Positions 51,255 through 64,000 of a stretch of DNA of 64,000 nt are shown piece by piece. The notes below the pieces were generated by a model that searched no databases, was not told where the DNA came from, and saw only the letters and a list, made by a program, of their open reading frames with translations. The stretch is taken from contig NC_043010.1 of the NCBI RefSeq assembly GCF_006345805.1, positions 31,434,001-31,498,000 on the forward strand. The letters are read 5' to 3'. The stretch is from Octopus sinensis (Eukaryota). The position numbers were made by a program, and so were the translations under genes. Every line of letters begins with the position of its first letter. Positions within the stretch are counted from its first letter, which is position 1.

Positions 51255-52600
51255 CTATGCTGACATGGGTTGGATGGTTTGACCAGGGCTGGCAAGCTGG
51301 AAGGTTGCGCCAGACTCCAGTCTCTTTTGGCATGGTTTCTACAGGTGGATTCCTTTCCTAATGCCAAGCACTCTGAAAGTGTAATGGGTGCTTTTATGTG
51401 CCATTTGTGTTACACTGGTATCTGCTACAACTGTGGTTTTACTTGGCTTGATGGGCCTTCTTCTCAAGCACAGCATAATGCCAAATGGACTTGATAATTG
51501 CCCCTGTGAGGGCCAAGACTCGAAGCCTGGCATAATGCCAAATGGTCTCGGTCCTTGCTTCTGCGAGGCCCAACATTCAAAAGGAGCTCAATCATCTTAT
51601 CTCTGTCAGGCTCAACACTTGAAAGGTGCTTTTTATGTGCCACCTGCATGGGTGCTGGTTATGTGACACCAGCATCAGCCACGACTGCAATTTCACTTGG
51701 CTTGACAGGTCTTCTCAAGCACAGCATATTGCCAAAGGTCTTGGTCACTAGTCATTAACTCTGCAAGGCCAAAAGTTCAGAGATCATGCTTCACCATTTC
51801 ATCCCATATCTTCCTAGTCTACCTTCTACCACAGGTTCCCTCCACAGTTAGGGATCAGCACATCTTTATATAGCTGTCCTTGTCCATGCACATCACATGA
51901 CCACATCAGCGCAGTCATCTCTCTTGTACACCACATTTGATGCCTCTTATACTTTTCTCTCAAGATGCTTATACTCTGTTGAACATGCACACTGACATTG
52001 CATACCCAGTGAAGCATACTGCCTTCATTTCTTTCAAGCCTATGCATGTCCTTGGCTGTCACAGCCCATGTTTCACTGCTATGTAGCATAGCTGTTTGCA
52101 TACAGGCATCATACAATTTGCTTTTCACTTAGGCCCTTCGTTGCCAGCAGAGGCAGGAGCTCTCTGAACTTTCCCCAGCCTATTCTTATTCTGACAGCCA
52201 TGTTCTTGGAGCATCTACCTCCACTTCTAACTTGATCACCTAGGTAATGGAAGCTATCTACTACCTCTAGCTTACCCCCATGACAGTCGATGGAGTCTAT
52301 CTTCTGTACATTTTCGGTGTTTATTGTACCTGTGCACCTTCCATACACAAAGGCTATTTTCTCTGTTAACCTTCCTCTGACATTGCTGCACCTTTTGTGT
52401 CCAAAGCTCACACCGGATGCATCTTTCAGAGTTACTACCTACATCTTTTCTACAGATTGAGCAGGGCCATCTACATGAAGGGTCTTCTGATTTGTCTGCC
52501 TTCCTACTTACTAAGACTTTGGCTTTTGCTAGGTTAACTTGAAGGCCCTTTGATTCTAGACCTTACTTCCATACCTGAAACAACTGCTCTAGTTCTGGTA
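51255..52600 (-). mobile_element. 5'-truncated RTE LINE
   Basis: [38 protein letters not shown]; tail at ~51260. Confidence 0.9.
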
Positions 52601-52859
52601 GTGATTCAGCTATAAGAACAAAGTCATCAGTATAGAGGAGCTCCCAGCGTACATATTCCCTAGTGTACATAGTCGGATCAAATGATTTCGGACAGTGGCT
52701 CTTAAAGCTTAGAGTTAAACTCAACTACCTCTGTCAGTCTTGTAAGAAAATCCAATGAAAACCTGTGTTGATTTTCAAAGTGTTATAAGTGTAAACAACA
52801 AATTAAATGGGTGATTTATTAGCAATTTGAACCTAAAGGTAAAATTAATAGAGGTCACA

Positions 52860-54260
52860 AAAGTGATGGAGGGTACTGACCAGCACCAGCTGTTGCTAGA
52901 AACAAGAGTTAAAACAACTCAAAAGCCACAAAGCACTGTACTTACCTCCCTTTGTCAGTCATTAAGTACAATGCTTTGTGAACAGCAATGATAACAGCAA
53001 CTGTTAATACAACTGCTATTCAACAAAACAGAAAATACACCAAGTTCATTCACCCTGATATGGTCGCAAACTCCATTGGAATGTTCACATATAACCCAGA
53101 TGAGGGTACTACCTTTCCTGCTTGCTTTAGAAGGTATACTCTTTTACTTGTTTCAGTCATTTGACTGTGGCCATGCTGGAGCACTGCCTTTAGTCGAGCA
53201 AATCGACCCCAGGACTTATTCTTCATAATCCTAGTAGTTATTCTATCGATCTCTTTTTCCGAACCGCTAAGTTACGGGGACATAAACACACCAGCATCGG
53301 TTGTCAAGCGATGTTGGGGGGAGGGGGACAGACACACAAACATACACACACACACACGACGGGCTTCTTTCAGTTTCCGTCTACCAAATCTACTCACAAG
53401 GCTTTGGTCGGCCCGAGGCTATAGTAGAAGACACTTGCCCAAGGTGCCATGCTGTGGGACTGAACCCGGAACTATGTGGTTGGTAAGCAAGCTACTTACC
53501 ACACAGCCACTCATGCACCTATATGAAGAGATTTTTAAAGAAGAATGCTACTGCTGGCAAGATGAAAAAAAAAGTTTTGTTGAGAAAAAATATTGCAATT
53601 ACATACTGCTAAAGAGATTGGATGAAATCTGTTTTAAAGAAACTGTGGATATTCTATATAAGATTTTCAGCGAATAAAGCTCTTTATTTAATACACACTG
53701 GTAATGTTACAAAAAAAAGAGGACAAAGATTTTATTACATGCGGTGGAATTGTTAATAGGGAATAAGAGATTCAAAATTAATGAATTAACATCAGACATG
53801 TTTAATTTTCGTGCAAAGAAAGACGTGGAAATTTATAACCAAATTCTGACTAAATAAGAGCAGAATCAGAAGCTAATACTACAAGAAATATCTGATGAAT
53901 GCCAGAAGAAAGAAACTGCCCACATATACAATCAGTAATGAAAAAGCAGAAAATTAATCCACGTTTTGGATGTGGAGAACTAACAACAAAACAGATTCAA
54001 CTGTCCTTATAAAAATCAAAAATGCTTCAAGTGTGGTCATTAAAAAATCACACTGTAAAAAAAACCCCTAGAAAATGGTCCAACAGAAACAATTATGTAA
54101 ACAGTTTAGCAGTAACAAGACTAAGCGAACAAGACTAAAAGGAAATTTGTGTATGTAAAAATTAATACAAATGTAAAATTACAGTTAGATACAGGTAGTG
54201 ACATTACTTTAATTAATGAAAGCACATGGAAAAAAAATCAGGAAAACTACATTACAGAAA
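52860..54260 (+). mobile_element. Ty3/Gypsy (K02A2.6-like) gag-zinc knuckle-protease remnant, split by a SINE
   Basis: MVANSIGMFTYNPDEGTTFPA.FRRY|EEIFKEEC, CFGCGE..NCPYKNQKCFKCGH, KLQLDTGSDITLINESTWKK (aspartic protease DTG). Confidence 0.85.
53141..53520 (-). mobile_element. tRNA-derived SINE inserted in Gypsy gag
   Basis: Complete copy of the 36881 family; flanks rejoin as tttagaaggtat|gaagagatt (F-R-R-Y-E-E-I). Confidence 0.9.
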
Positions 54261-54526
54261 ACATCGAAGATTTCACAGGGAGAATACTATTTACTTGTTT
54301 AAGCATTGTACTGGATAAATTGCAAAAATAACTCAAATAGTTCAAATACTAAGAAATAAGCATACACAATTTGATTTATACGAAATAATTTACGAACTTT
54401 CAGGAACAATAGTGGTTTATTGATGTAGATGGTTGTAAATTTTTCCCATATTGAAGTTCTATAAGTTGAAAAAGTTATTTTATAGTTTACAGTTAGCAAC
54501 TGGGGTTGCTGTGTATGTGAATAAAA

Positions 54527-54739
54527 GTCCAAATTTAGGGAATGGAGTTGATAAAATCCAGGCTACATGTTTCCTAGCTAGCAGAACTTTGGAATAATTA
54601 CCCAAATGAAGGGTACTCCATTAGCCACTTGTAAGGCCTGATGAATACCCTCGTTTGGGTAATTACTACTTCCAAGATTCTGCTAGCTAAGAAAGATATG
54701 TAGCCTGGATTTTATCCACTCCATTCCCTAAATTAGGAC
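54527..54739. mobile_element. Fold-back MITE (~80-bp arms); half copy at 51139-51256
   Basis: gtccaaatttagggaatggagttgataaaatccaggctacat... versus its complement ending ccctaaattaggac. Confidence 0.75.
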
Positions 54740-54748
54740 ATATATATA

Positions 54749-56033
54749 GTGGGTTGGCCAAAAAGTCCTTTTTTTTTTTTTAGTATCAACTGTCCGGTCT
54801 TCTAATCACTGTTCCGATATTCTTTTTCTTTAGAAACTGTATTCAGTATAACGACCAAGGTTACATCAGTGTGAAACAAGCCTCAAAGGAGAGAGATTGC
54901 AACTTGTTTGATTGCATTTGAGCCTAGACATGGAAGACAGGGTGGAGCACTATTGGCATCTTATGCTTTTTTACTTCAGAAAAAGAAAGAAAGCAACAGA
55001 AACTTGCTGAAAGTTATGCAATGTGTATGCAGAGAATGCTGTTTCAGAATGGGTGTGCCAGAAATGGTTTGCTTGATTTCGATCAGGGAATTTTTCAGTA
55101 AGAGATGCACCTCGCTCTGGCCAGCGAAAAGAAATTGACATCAACTAACTGAGAGCTGTAGTCAAACAAGACTGCAGTCTTATGACCAGACAAATCGCAG
55201 ATATTCTTAACATATCCAAAACAAGTGTGGAAAATGAATTGCATAAACTTGGTTATGTTTCTAAACTTGATGTTTGGGTTCCCCATAAATTGACAGAAGC
55301 AAATCTTGTCCAGAGGGTTTCCATTTGCAATTCATTGCTGAAAAGGGAAAACAACAAACCCTTTTTGAGAAGAATTGTTACTGGAGATGAAAAGTGGGTA
55401 GTTTATAATAATGTGAAACGAAGAAGATCATGGAAAAAAGCAGGGGATTCTCCAAAGCGAACACACAAAGCAGGTCTTCACCCAAAGATAGTTCTGCTAT
55501 CAATATGGTGGAATTGGAAGAGTGTTATCTTTTTTTGAACTTCTTCCCTTGAATAAAACCATCAATTCAGAGGTCTATTGTGAACAATTGGATAAATTAA
55601 AGACAGTTCTTCATCAAAAACGGCCAGAACTGGTGAATCGTAAAGGCATTGTTTTCCACCATGACAACGCAAGGCCACACACTGCTTTGATTACTCGGCA
55701 GAAGTTGCTGCAGCTTGAGTGGGAAGTTTTGCCTCACCCACCATACTATCCAGATCTGGCCCCATCAGATTTCCATCTGTTTCGGTCACTGCAAAATTCA
55801 TTGAATGGAAAAAATTTTAATTCTGATGAAGACGTGAAAACTTTCTTGGAAATTTTTTTGCTAATAAAGAACCTAAATTCTTCGAATAGGAGATTAAAGA
55901 TCTACCCAACAGGTGACGAAAGGTTATAGAAGCAAATGGTAACTATTGTATTGATTAAATACATTTTTCACAATTGTTTACTTTTCTTTTGATTTTCACC
56001 TAAAAAAACAAACGGACTTTTTGGCCAACCCAA
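54749..56033 (+). mobile_element. Full-length mariner (D,D34D), frameshifted transposase
   Basis: TIR (g/t)tgggttggccaaaaagtcc with TA TSDs at 54747-48 and 56034-35; WVPHKLT, TGDEKW, HHDNARPH, YYPDLAPSD with 34 residues between D2 and D3 (counted). Confidence 0.96.
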
Positions 56034-56527
56034 TATATTTGCAGCAGTGTCTTATCCTCGAATCTCTTGACTGCATATTTGGACCATTAATGTCAGTGAT
56101 AACTGTGGTTAATGAGGCCAATCATTGCATAGAGTTCATAATTGCATTGGCCACATGCGAATGTTCGTCGTTGCTGCTGTCTGGCCTTCCATTGCTATTG
56201 TTTCTCCTCCTCTTTTATTATTCTTTCCCTTTTAAACAATATTATGTTATTGTTTGTTTTGTTAGTAGTCAGAATGGTTGGTTATGGTTGTCTTAAAAGC
56301 CAATGGGTTGAAGATAAATTGCTTCAGATTTGACTTTAGCTGATCTTTGTTGTGGCGAAGAGGGGCTCCTCTTTGTCTTTTCCCAGTTCACTAAAGAGGA
56401 TTTGACAAGGAAGTTGTTCATTGTTCATCCTGGTGCCATTGTCAGCCCATCAAAGAATATGTTTGATGATTAGGGATTCGATGCTCTGGCTATTCACTCT
56501 TTCCATTATGGAGTTATTGGAGACATA

Positions 56528-57010
56528 CAAGGTGGTATCAGAAAGTTCCTGGACTAGTTCTATAGTACACCAACAGATGGCAGCACATGGTTGTGTGCGC
56601 AGTGAGAGCTAGCAGTGACCTTCATGAGGTAGTGTGCCGAATGACACTGCGGTGTTTACTTTGCAAGTTGTGAAATTTGTGTTTTTGTGATCATGTGTAT
56701 GCTGTAGTCTCTGATTTTTGTCATGGACAGGAAGTTAGAAGAGCCAGCGCGAAATTTTGTGTTAGATTTGAGATGTCTGCTACAGAGACATCGAGCATGC
56801 TTTGGCAAGCTTATGGCGACAAGGAATGGGTTGTACACAATATTTGGAGTGGCACAGTAACATGACAGAAATGCATCTCAATCAAGAGCATGTTCATTGT
56901 TTTTTTCGACATCCAAGGTATTGTACAACGAGAATTTGTCCCCCATGGCTGGACCATCAATCATGAATTCTACTGTGACCTTCTGAAGCATTTGAGGGGG
57001 AGTGAAAAGA
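56528..57010 (+). mobile_element. Internally deleted mariner fragment
   Basis: TA+caaggtggtatcagaaagttcc start; RASAKFCVRFEMSATETSSMLWQAYGD; KSMFIVFFDIQGIVQREFVP. Confidence 0.75.
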
Positions 57011-57099
57011 ATTAGGTTCTTCACAACAACAATACATAGGGAATTCTTCTTAGAGTTGATCACAATGATAGAAACATCCAGTCATACTATCATACTTGG

Positions 57100-58215
57100 A
57101 TCAGTGACATGAAATAATCAGGACATCTGAAACGATTAAGAATCATCTACATGGTTGGTCTCAGTACACTGTCAAAAGCTTTTTCTAAATCATAGAAGAT
57201 AAGGAAAAGGGATTTTTGTTGTTCTTGACACTTCTGTTGGATTTGTCTGGCACAGAAGATCATGTCTATGGCTCCATAAGATGCCTGGAAACCATGCTAA
57301 GAATCTGGAATGACGTCTGTGATGACCTGGAGACAGTTCAAGAGCAGTTGAGCAAAGACCTTTTCTGCAATAGCAACTAGCAAGATTCCACAATAGTTTC
57401 CATAGGATTTTCTAACTCCTTTCATGAATATATTGATGATGATGGCATCTTCGAGGTCATTTGGGACCTGATGTGCTTCCCACATATTTAGGAACTGGGT
57501 GAAGAACTTAGTTTGCAGCAGCAATCTGCCATGTTGCAGCAATTTCAATGGGATATTATTGGGCTCTGGGCTTTTCTTACTTTCATATATTTCATTGCAT
57601 TCCAGAACTCTTGATACAACAGGTTGTGAAGGATGGAAAGGGACTTTGTTGGTGAAGCAAAGACCTAAGATGTCATTGTTTCTGGTTGGTGAGTATATGG
57701 TTTACTCTATGGACATCATTTTTGTGAAATCAAGCAGAGATTCTGCTTGATTGTGCTTTTTGCATGTCATTCCTAACATTATATCACCTTCTGCCCCTCT
57801 GATGTCAGATGGAATAATAAATTGACAGAGTATACACCACATCCAGAAAAAAGGATCCCCTTCTCACTGTGGTAGGGATGCTGGCAACGGGTAGTGTCAG
57901 AGCTATGCCGTCAGGAACTTCGGTTCCTAGTAGGGCCACCCAAGGCGGATTGGTCTGACACCGAGTGGTATTAGGGCCACAACCCGGCAGACGGGGCTCT
58001 GGTGAAAATCCTTGGAGTGTCTGCTTCGGCAACTGGCGGCTCCTCGCTCGTTCTGTCCCTGCATCTGCGGACAATCTGCGGCAAACAGGATGTTTCCACA
58101 TGTGGGATTGTTGGGGACTGCTTGTGAAAGCCACATATTCCCACAAAACTTCTATGAGGAGAAGAAGCCGACTCAACCCACCCAGGGTGAATGTCGCCAC
58201 AAGTACAAGTAAGTA
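57100..58215 (-). mobile_element. BovB-like RTE remnant with GC-rich 5' UTR-like segment (57840-58215)
   Basis: IINIFMKGVRKSYGNYCGILLVAIAEKVFA motif; GC-rich upstream block. Confidence 0.6.
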
Positions 58216-58904
58216 CACTCAAACATAGATAAATAAACATCAGACTGTGGTTGGTGAAGAGAAAATGCTTTGTCCAGTAGTGGACTAAACATGTGCAAGG
58301 ATGATGATGTAACTTGCATAAAACTATAACATAATACACACACACACACATATATAGGCGCAGGTGTGGATATGTGGTAAGAAGCTTGCTTCCCAACCAC
58401 ATGGTTCTAGGTTCAGTCCCACTGCACGGCACCGGGCTGACCAAAGTCTTGAGTGGATTTGGTACAGGGAAACTGAAAGAAGCCCATTATATATATGTGT
58501 GTGTGTGTATCTTTGTCCCCCATCCCCATCACTGTTTGACAACCAGTGTTGGTGTTTTAATGTCCCCATAACTTAGCAGTTTGGTAAAAAAAACAAACCC
58601 AATAGAATAAGTACAGGCTTAAGAAATAGGTCATGGGAGCAATTTATTTGACTAAGACCCTTCAAGGCAGTGCTCCAGCATGGCACCAGTCAAAATGACT
58701 GTCACAAGAATAAAAGACTATATATGTATATATATATATATTTTAGACATGTCTGAAACTATATATATATATAATAATAATAAGAGTAAATAATTCCTAT
58801 AATGTTTTTTAAAAAAAACCCAACAATTATTTACTGGTAGAATTCGGTATGTAAATATAACCGATTAGCGGTAGGAACTTCTGTAGAGTTCAGTATATAT
58901 ATTG

Positions 58905-58940
<36 letters not shown>

Positions 58941-59084
58941 CATTGTTAAGAAGCCTGCTTCTCAACTACATGGTTCTGGGTTCAGTGTCACTGCATGGCA
59001 CCTTGGACAAGTGTCTTCTGCTATATCAATAGACCTACCAAAGCCTTGTGAGTGGATTTGGTAAATGGAAAATGAAAGCCAATC

Positions 59085-59116
<32 letters not shown>

Positions 59117-59489
59117 GCATACATATGGGTGTGTGGCTGTGTGTGTGCACATGCGTTTGTCTCCACAACTGTTTGATAATTGCTGAATGTTTATGTCCCC
59201 ATAACTTAGAAGTTCAGCAAAACAGATTGATAAAATAAGTACCAGGTTTAAAAAAGAAAATAAGGGTCAATTAATTCTAATAAAAAATATATATATAATA
59301 TACATATAACATTATATAAATGAGTAACAGTAGAGGTACAGGTGTCAATCCATTATGGCCATTTGGCTGTACACTGCAAGAATATCATTTGGTTGTACTC
59401 ATGTACCAAGTTTAATATTTACATAATATTGTTGTGTGTGTATATTATTCCAGCCTAATGAGGTGCCTCAATTTAAGTAACTAACTACT

Positions 59490-59812
59490 GGTACTTGTGC
59501 TAGTGGCACGTGAAAAAACATTCAAGTGAGGTCGTTGTCAGTGCCACTGGACTGGCTCCTGTGCAAGTGACACATAAAAAGCACCATTTGAGCGTGTCCG
59601 TTGCCAGTACTGCCTGACTGGCCCTTGTGCCGGTGGCACGTAAAGGCACCCACTACACTCTCGGAGTGGTTGGCGTTAGGAAGGGCATCCAGCTGTAGAC
59701 ACTCTGCCAGATCAGATTGGAGTCTGGTGCAGCCATCTGGTTCACCAGACCTCGGTCAAATTGTCCAACCAATGCTAGCATGGAAAGCAGACGTTAAACG
59801 ATGATGATGATG
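59490..59812 (+). mobile_element. RTE 3' tail / SINE-like fragment
   Basis: aaaagcacc units and the gctagcatggaaagcagacgttaaac(gat)n tail. Confidence 0.8.
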
Positions 59813-61961
59813 AATTCAACTGAATCTTACTCATATAATATTATATATAGATATAACAGTTTTTATAGCTGTATCACATATTCAAATGTTGTGTATGTGT
59901 GTATACAATACTACTGCTATACTTGTTTTAAAAAGATGGATATCTTATACAAATTCATATCAACACAAGAATTGCAGGTTGAATCATTGAAGAAGGTCTC
60001 AAAGCAAATCGATTTACACTAAATTTCCTTTCATAGGTGGCTATTGTTTTGCTTTTTAATAGCTTATTTCCGAAAATGAAGGACAAGGTTGATTTTCCAT
60101 AGGAAGGGAGAAAGACATCAAGTTATCATCAGATTAAACTAGGTGACATTATGTCTACAATCCAAGAACAGGCACAGTTCATCCAACAGGTTTCCATCTA
60201 TCTAGTTTCATTCACAAGGCTTAGATTAACCCATAGCTATGGTAGAAGATACCTTTCTAAAGTGCTCAGCTGGTCACAGGAACTATATCACTAATTATTG
60301 ATTTAGTTCCTTTCACCATTTTCATGTCAGTTTGAATTAGAATTAACCTGTATTATTGTGCTGTTGGAATGGCTGTATGGCAAGTATCCTCTACTACAGC
60401 CCTGTGTTGACCAAAACATTGTGAGTAGATTTGGTAGATGGAAATAAGCTCATCATATATATGTATGTATGTTTGTGACCCCTTGTCTTGACGTTGCATG
60501 ATAATTGCAAAATGAGAATATATTTCTTTACTACCCACAGAGGGGACAAACAGGGACAGACAAACGGATTAAGTCGATTACATCGACCCCAGTGCGTAAC
60601 TGGTACTTAATTTATTGACCCCGAAAGGATGAAAGGCAAAGTTGACCTTGGCAGAATTTGAACTCAAATGTAACAGCAGACGAAATACGGCTACGCATTT
60701 CGCCCATCATGCTAACGTTTCTGCCAGCTCGCCGCCTTTATTGCAAAATGAGAATAAGCAGCATCACTCGTATCCGATATTCAGTGGAAAAACGTCCAGA
60801 CATATTACCTTACTCGAAAACTGGTGAGGTGCGGCAACAGGAAGGGCACCTGGCTATAGAAAATGTTCAAACTCTGTCTGACCCATGTGCATGCAAACAT
60901 GGACATTACAATAATGACACTAATGATGATGGTGATGTGTGTGTAGATAAAAGTATATGCTTGTCAATGTGTATATTTTATATTTATATACAATAGGCAG
61001 AGGCTGTGTGGTTAAGAATCTTACTTTGCAAACATGCGGTTTTGGATTCAGTACCACTGCTCGGTGCCTTGGGCAAGTGTCTTCCAATATAGCTCCCGAC
61101 TATTAATCCCTCTGAGTAAATTTGGTAGAAAAGAAACAGTGTGGAAGTCTGTTGGATGTGTGTTTGTGTGTGCGCGCGCACGCGTACGTGCCTGTGTGTG
61201 GTTGTCCCATGCCCGCCGACTGACACAGGTATTATTTTTGTTTAGGTCTCCATAACTCACTGGTTCGGTAAAAGAAACCAACAGAATACGTACTGGAGTT
61301 GATTTGTTCGACTACACTTCAAGACGGTGCTCAGCATGGTCGCAGTCCAGTGAGTGAAACAAGTAAAAGATAAAAGATATGGCTTATATGTTTGTGCTTC
61401 TATATATATATATATATATGTGTGTGTGCGCGCGTGTATAATTTCCTTTTAGCCAAAATTAATTTATAAATTTGCTTCTCTATATATTGCTCTGTAGTTC
61501 CTAAAAAAAGCAGAGGAGAAACAAAATATATTCTGTTGAACGAATTATTATGGATTAAATGTTAATTCACTCTCAAATTTATATTTTGAGTTCTTCATCT
61601 GTAAACTTGCCACCCTCCTTATAAATACACACTTATATACACTCATATGCACGTGTATTTTAAGCATTCTTATAGAGACGAAAATATCGAGTGCACTCAA
61701 TATCACATTTTCGTTGGATCTATATATAAAGGAATTGTGCAATAAATTATGAGATTTCAATCAGCCTTATCGCAATTTTTCGGCCATGATCTTTAGTTTT
61801 TAACATTTTCACATTTATTTTTTAAACATTTCAGGTTATGATACTTAAAAACTATGCTGTGATATTTTGACATATGTACCTTAAGCCAAAAATCGCCAAC
61901 TATGCCTAATATAAATCTCACCCTCCCTCCAAAAATAAATTTCTGGAAAAATGTCTGTGTG

Positions 61962-62855
61962 TGGGAGGTGGGGCACAAAACGAGGTGTTTTACTGCATTT
62001 TTGACTTTGAAATACAAAATAGAATTTTTTTAATGTTTATTACCTTACAAAAACTATATCAGCTAAATAAATGAGTCTTCCCTAAATGCATTAAAAGCAT
62101 TTTGACATAATCTGATAACTATTTCAGAAAATTATCACCGTTCTCTGAGCATATAAAACAAGTTTGGCGGGGGTAAAATGAATAAGTCAAGATAAGGTAA
62201 ACTTGCTGCTTCAATTCTCCAGAAAACAGACTCATACACATCAATATCCATTCCTAGACATCAAAAAGATCAGAAATGTAAAAAAAAAATGAATATCTAG
62301 GTCAAATAAAAAAGGATCAGGGGAAAATGGCACATGATATGAAATCAACGAAACTCGACTAAAAAGAAAAAAACTAACTCAACATAAAATATCACTTATA
62401 GCTTTTTCACGATCAGCTCAAGTGTCTTTATGACAGATACATTTACACACCATGCAGTTAAAGAGAAGAAATTATTGAAATTAGCCATTACTCATTTTAC
62501 CCCCTTTTAGACATTTTTTGAAACTTGAAAATGATCAAATTAGACATTAGTGTGGAAAGAAATTGACTTGGAATCCAACAGAAAAGAATATTGATTGTTA
62601 CAACAAAAATTATCCAGGTATTTCATTAGTAACTTCAAATACAAAGTTGAAAAATTACTTGGAAAAATAGGACCTGCTACTTGACTGTTTCGGACTCTCT
62701 CAACATCGTTAATAGTAACTATGTTGACTAAGTTTTACTTCTAAAAATGAAACAACAGTACAAAATGATGATGCAATACTTGCAGTGTAATGATTTCAAA
62801 CAAACAGAGAGAAAATAACCAGAAATCAAAAGTTTCTCATTTTGCCCCACCCACC
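61962..62855. mobile_element. Second copy of the 32.06-kb TIR element
   Basis: ggtggggcacaaaacgag at left and ctcattttgccccacccacc|ta at right. Confidence 0.6.
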
Positions 62856-63269
62856 TAATGAAATTTGGGAGAAGGAGGCAGTTAAAAATTTGAACACTGC
62901 GTACTAAAAAAAGTTTTTTCTTTTGTAAATTTCTTATTTATGTATTTGTGATTTTTTTGTGCAATAGTTAATTTTCGACTCTATTCTATAGGAATTTATA
63001 TGTAAGTATGTAATATTATTCCAGGAAGTAACAAGTTCAAAAAGTAGCTATGTCTAACCATAGCGAAATACAATATATATATTTGCCAAACTAACGATTA
63101 TAGATTATATATATATAATTTATACACACAAATATATATATTTAAACACACAAACACACAAATATATATTCTTAGAAGTAACTCTATTCTAAAAGTGGGT
63201 GTGTATATAAAACAAAATGCTTCGCAAGTTTAAGCCATAAAAGGAGGCCGATGAAATGAACTTATACAA

Positions 63270-63301
<32 letters not shown>

Positions 63302-63307
63302 ATATAA

Positions 63308-63368
<61 letters not shown>

Positions 63369-64000
63369 ACACTGCTGAAACTGTTTTCCTTACCGGTATC
63401 TAAAAGTTGCGATCTGAGGATCCAATGCAGTTATATTGCAAAAAATTTTCCTGAGACGAACAGCTTCGCAAACACTAGTTTAGAAAACTTGCCAAGCCCA
63501 CTTATACATTTCTCCTTCTCCCTCCACTCCCTTTCTCTCTCTCTCTTGTTCTACATGGAAACTTGCTTTTCTCACTCACTCTTTTACTCTCCTCTATCTT
63601 TCACCTACAAACTCTCTTTTATTACTTTATCTCTAATACTTGTTTAACAAGTACCTCTCATTTTCGTTTAACTTCTTACTCTCCCTCATACTTCTTTTTG
63701 TGTAACATTCAGTCTCTCTCTCTCTGTCTGTCTCTTTCTCCTTCGTTAAACTAACCACTTGTCTACCATCTACTCCCTATCTTTCTTCCTCAAACACTTT
63801 AATCTTGTCTAACATCTACGCTCGCTCTCTAATACTATTTGCTGCTCATCTACTTTTCCTATATCTTATTAATTCTTTTCACACACACACATATACTCAC
63901 ATTCTCTCTCTCTCTTTCTAATACTTCCCAAGTTCTACTATATATATGTATGTATGTATACACACACTATTTCTATTTCACCTTAACTTTCTCTCTTACA

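Noticed and set aside
57840-58215. Possible HDV-like ribozyme at an RTE 5' end (also checked 42380-42520)
   Set aside because: RTEs can carry these, but I could not build P1/P1.1/P2/P3 by eye; an Infernal or RNArobo search would settle it
57805-58444. GC-rich 137-157 aa ORFs
   Set aside because: They overlap an RTE 5' UTR-like block and a SINE; no domain signal

Overview
AT-rich, repeat-dense animal genomic DNA. The SINE/RTE families and TA/TACA microsatellite load point to an octopus (inference; no search run). The left half carries the 5' part of the exocyst gene EXOC4/Sec8 on the minus strand. I reconstructed 11 GT-AG coding exons by hand (ATG at 28999 down to 4635, 1125 nt = 375 aa, all phases compatible), and the gene continues past the window start. 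The rest is mostly decayed mobile DNA: RTE and BovB-like LINEs, an R4/Dong-like and a CR1-like LINE, tRNA-derived SINEs, four mariner copies, a hAT remnant, two Ty3/Gypsy remnants and several fold-back/MITE elements. Best candidates for novelty: (1) an intact 121-aa ORF at 47722-48087 (-) behind a strong splice acceptor, with a strict 11-residue aromatic periodicity and no family I recognise; (2) a ~370-bp patchwork at 38.8-39.2 kb stitched from four nearby templates. No rRNA, tRNA gene or CRISPR array was seen. TE boundaries are approximate unless TIR/TSD bases are quoted.
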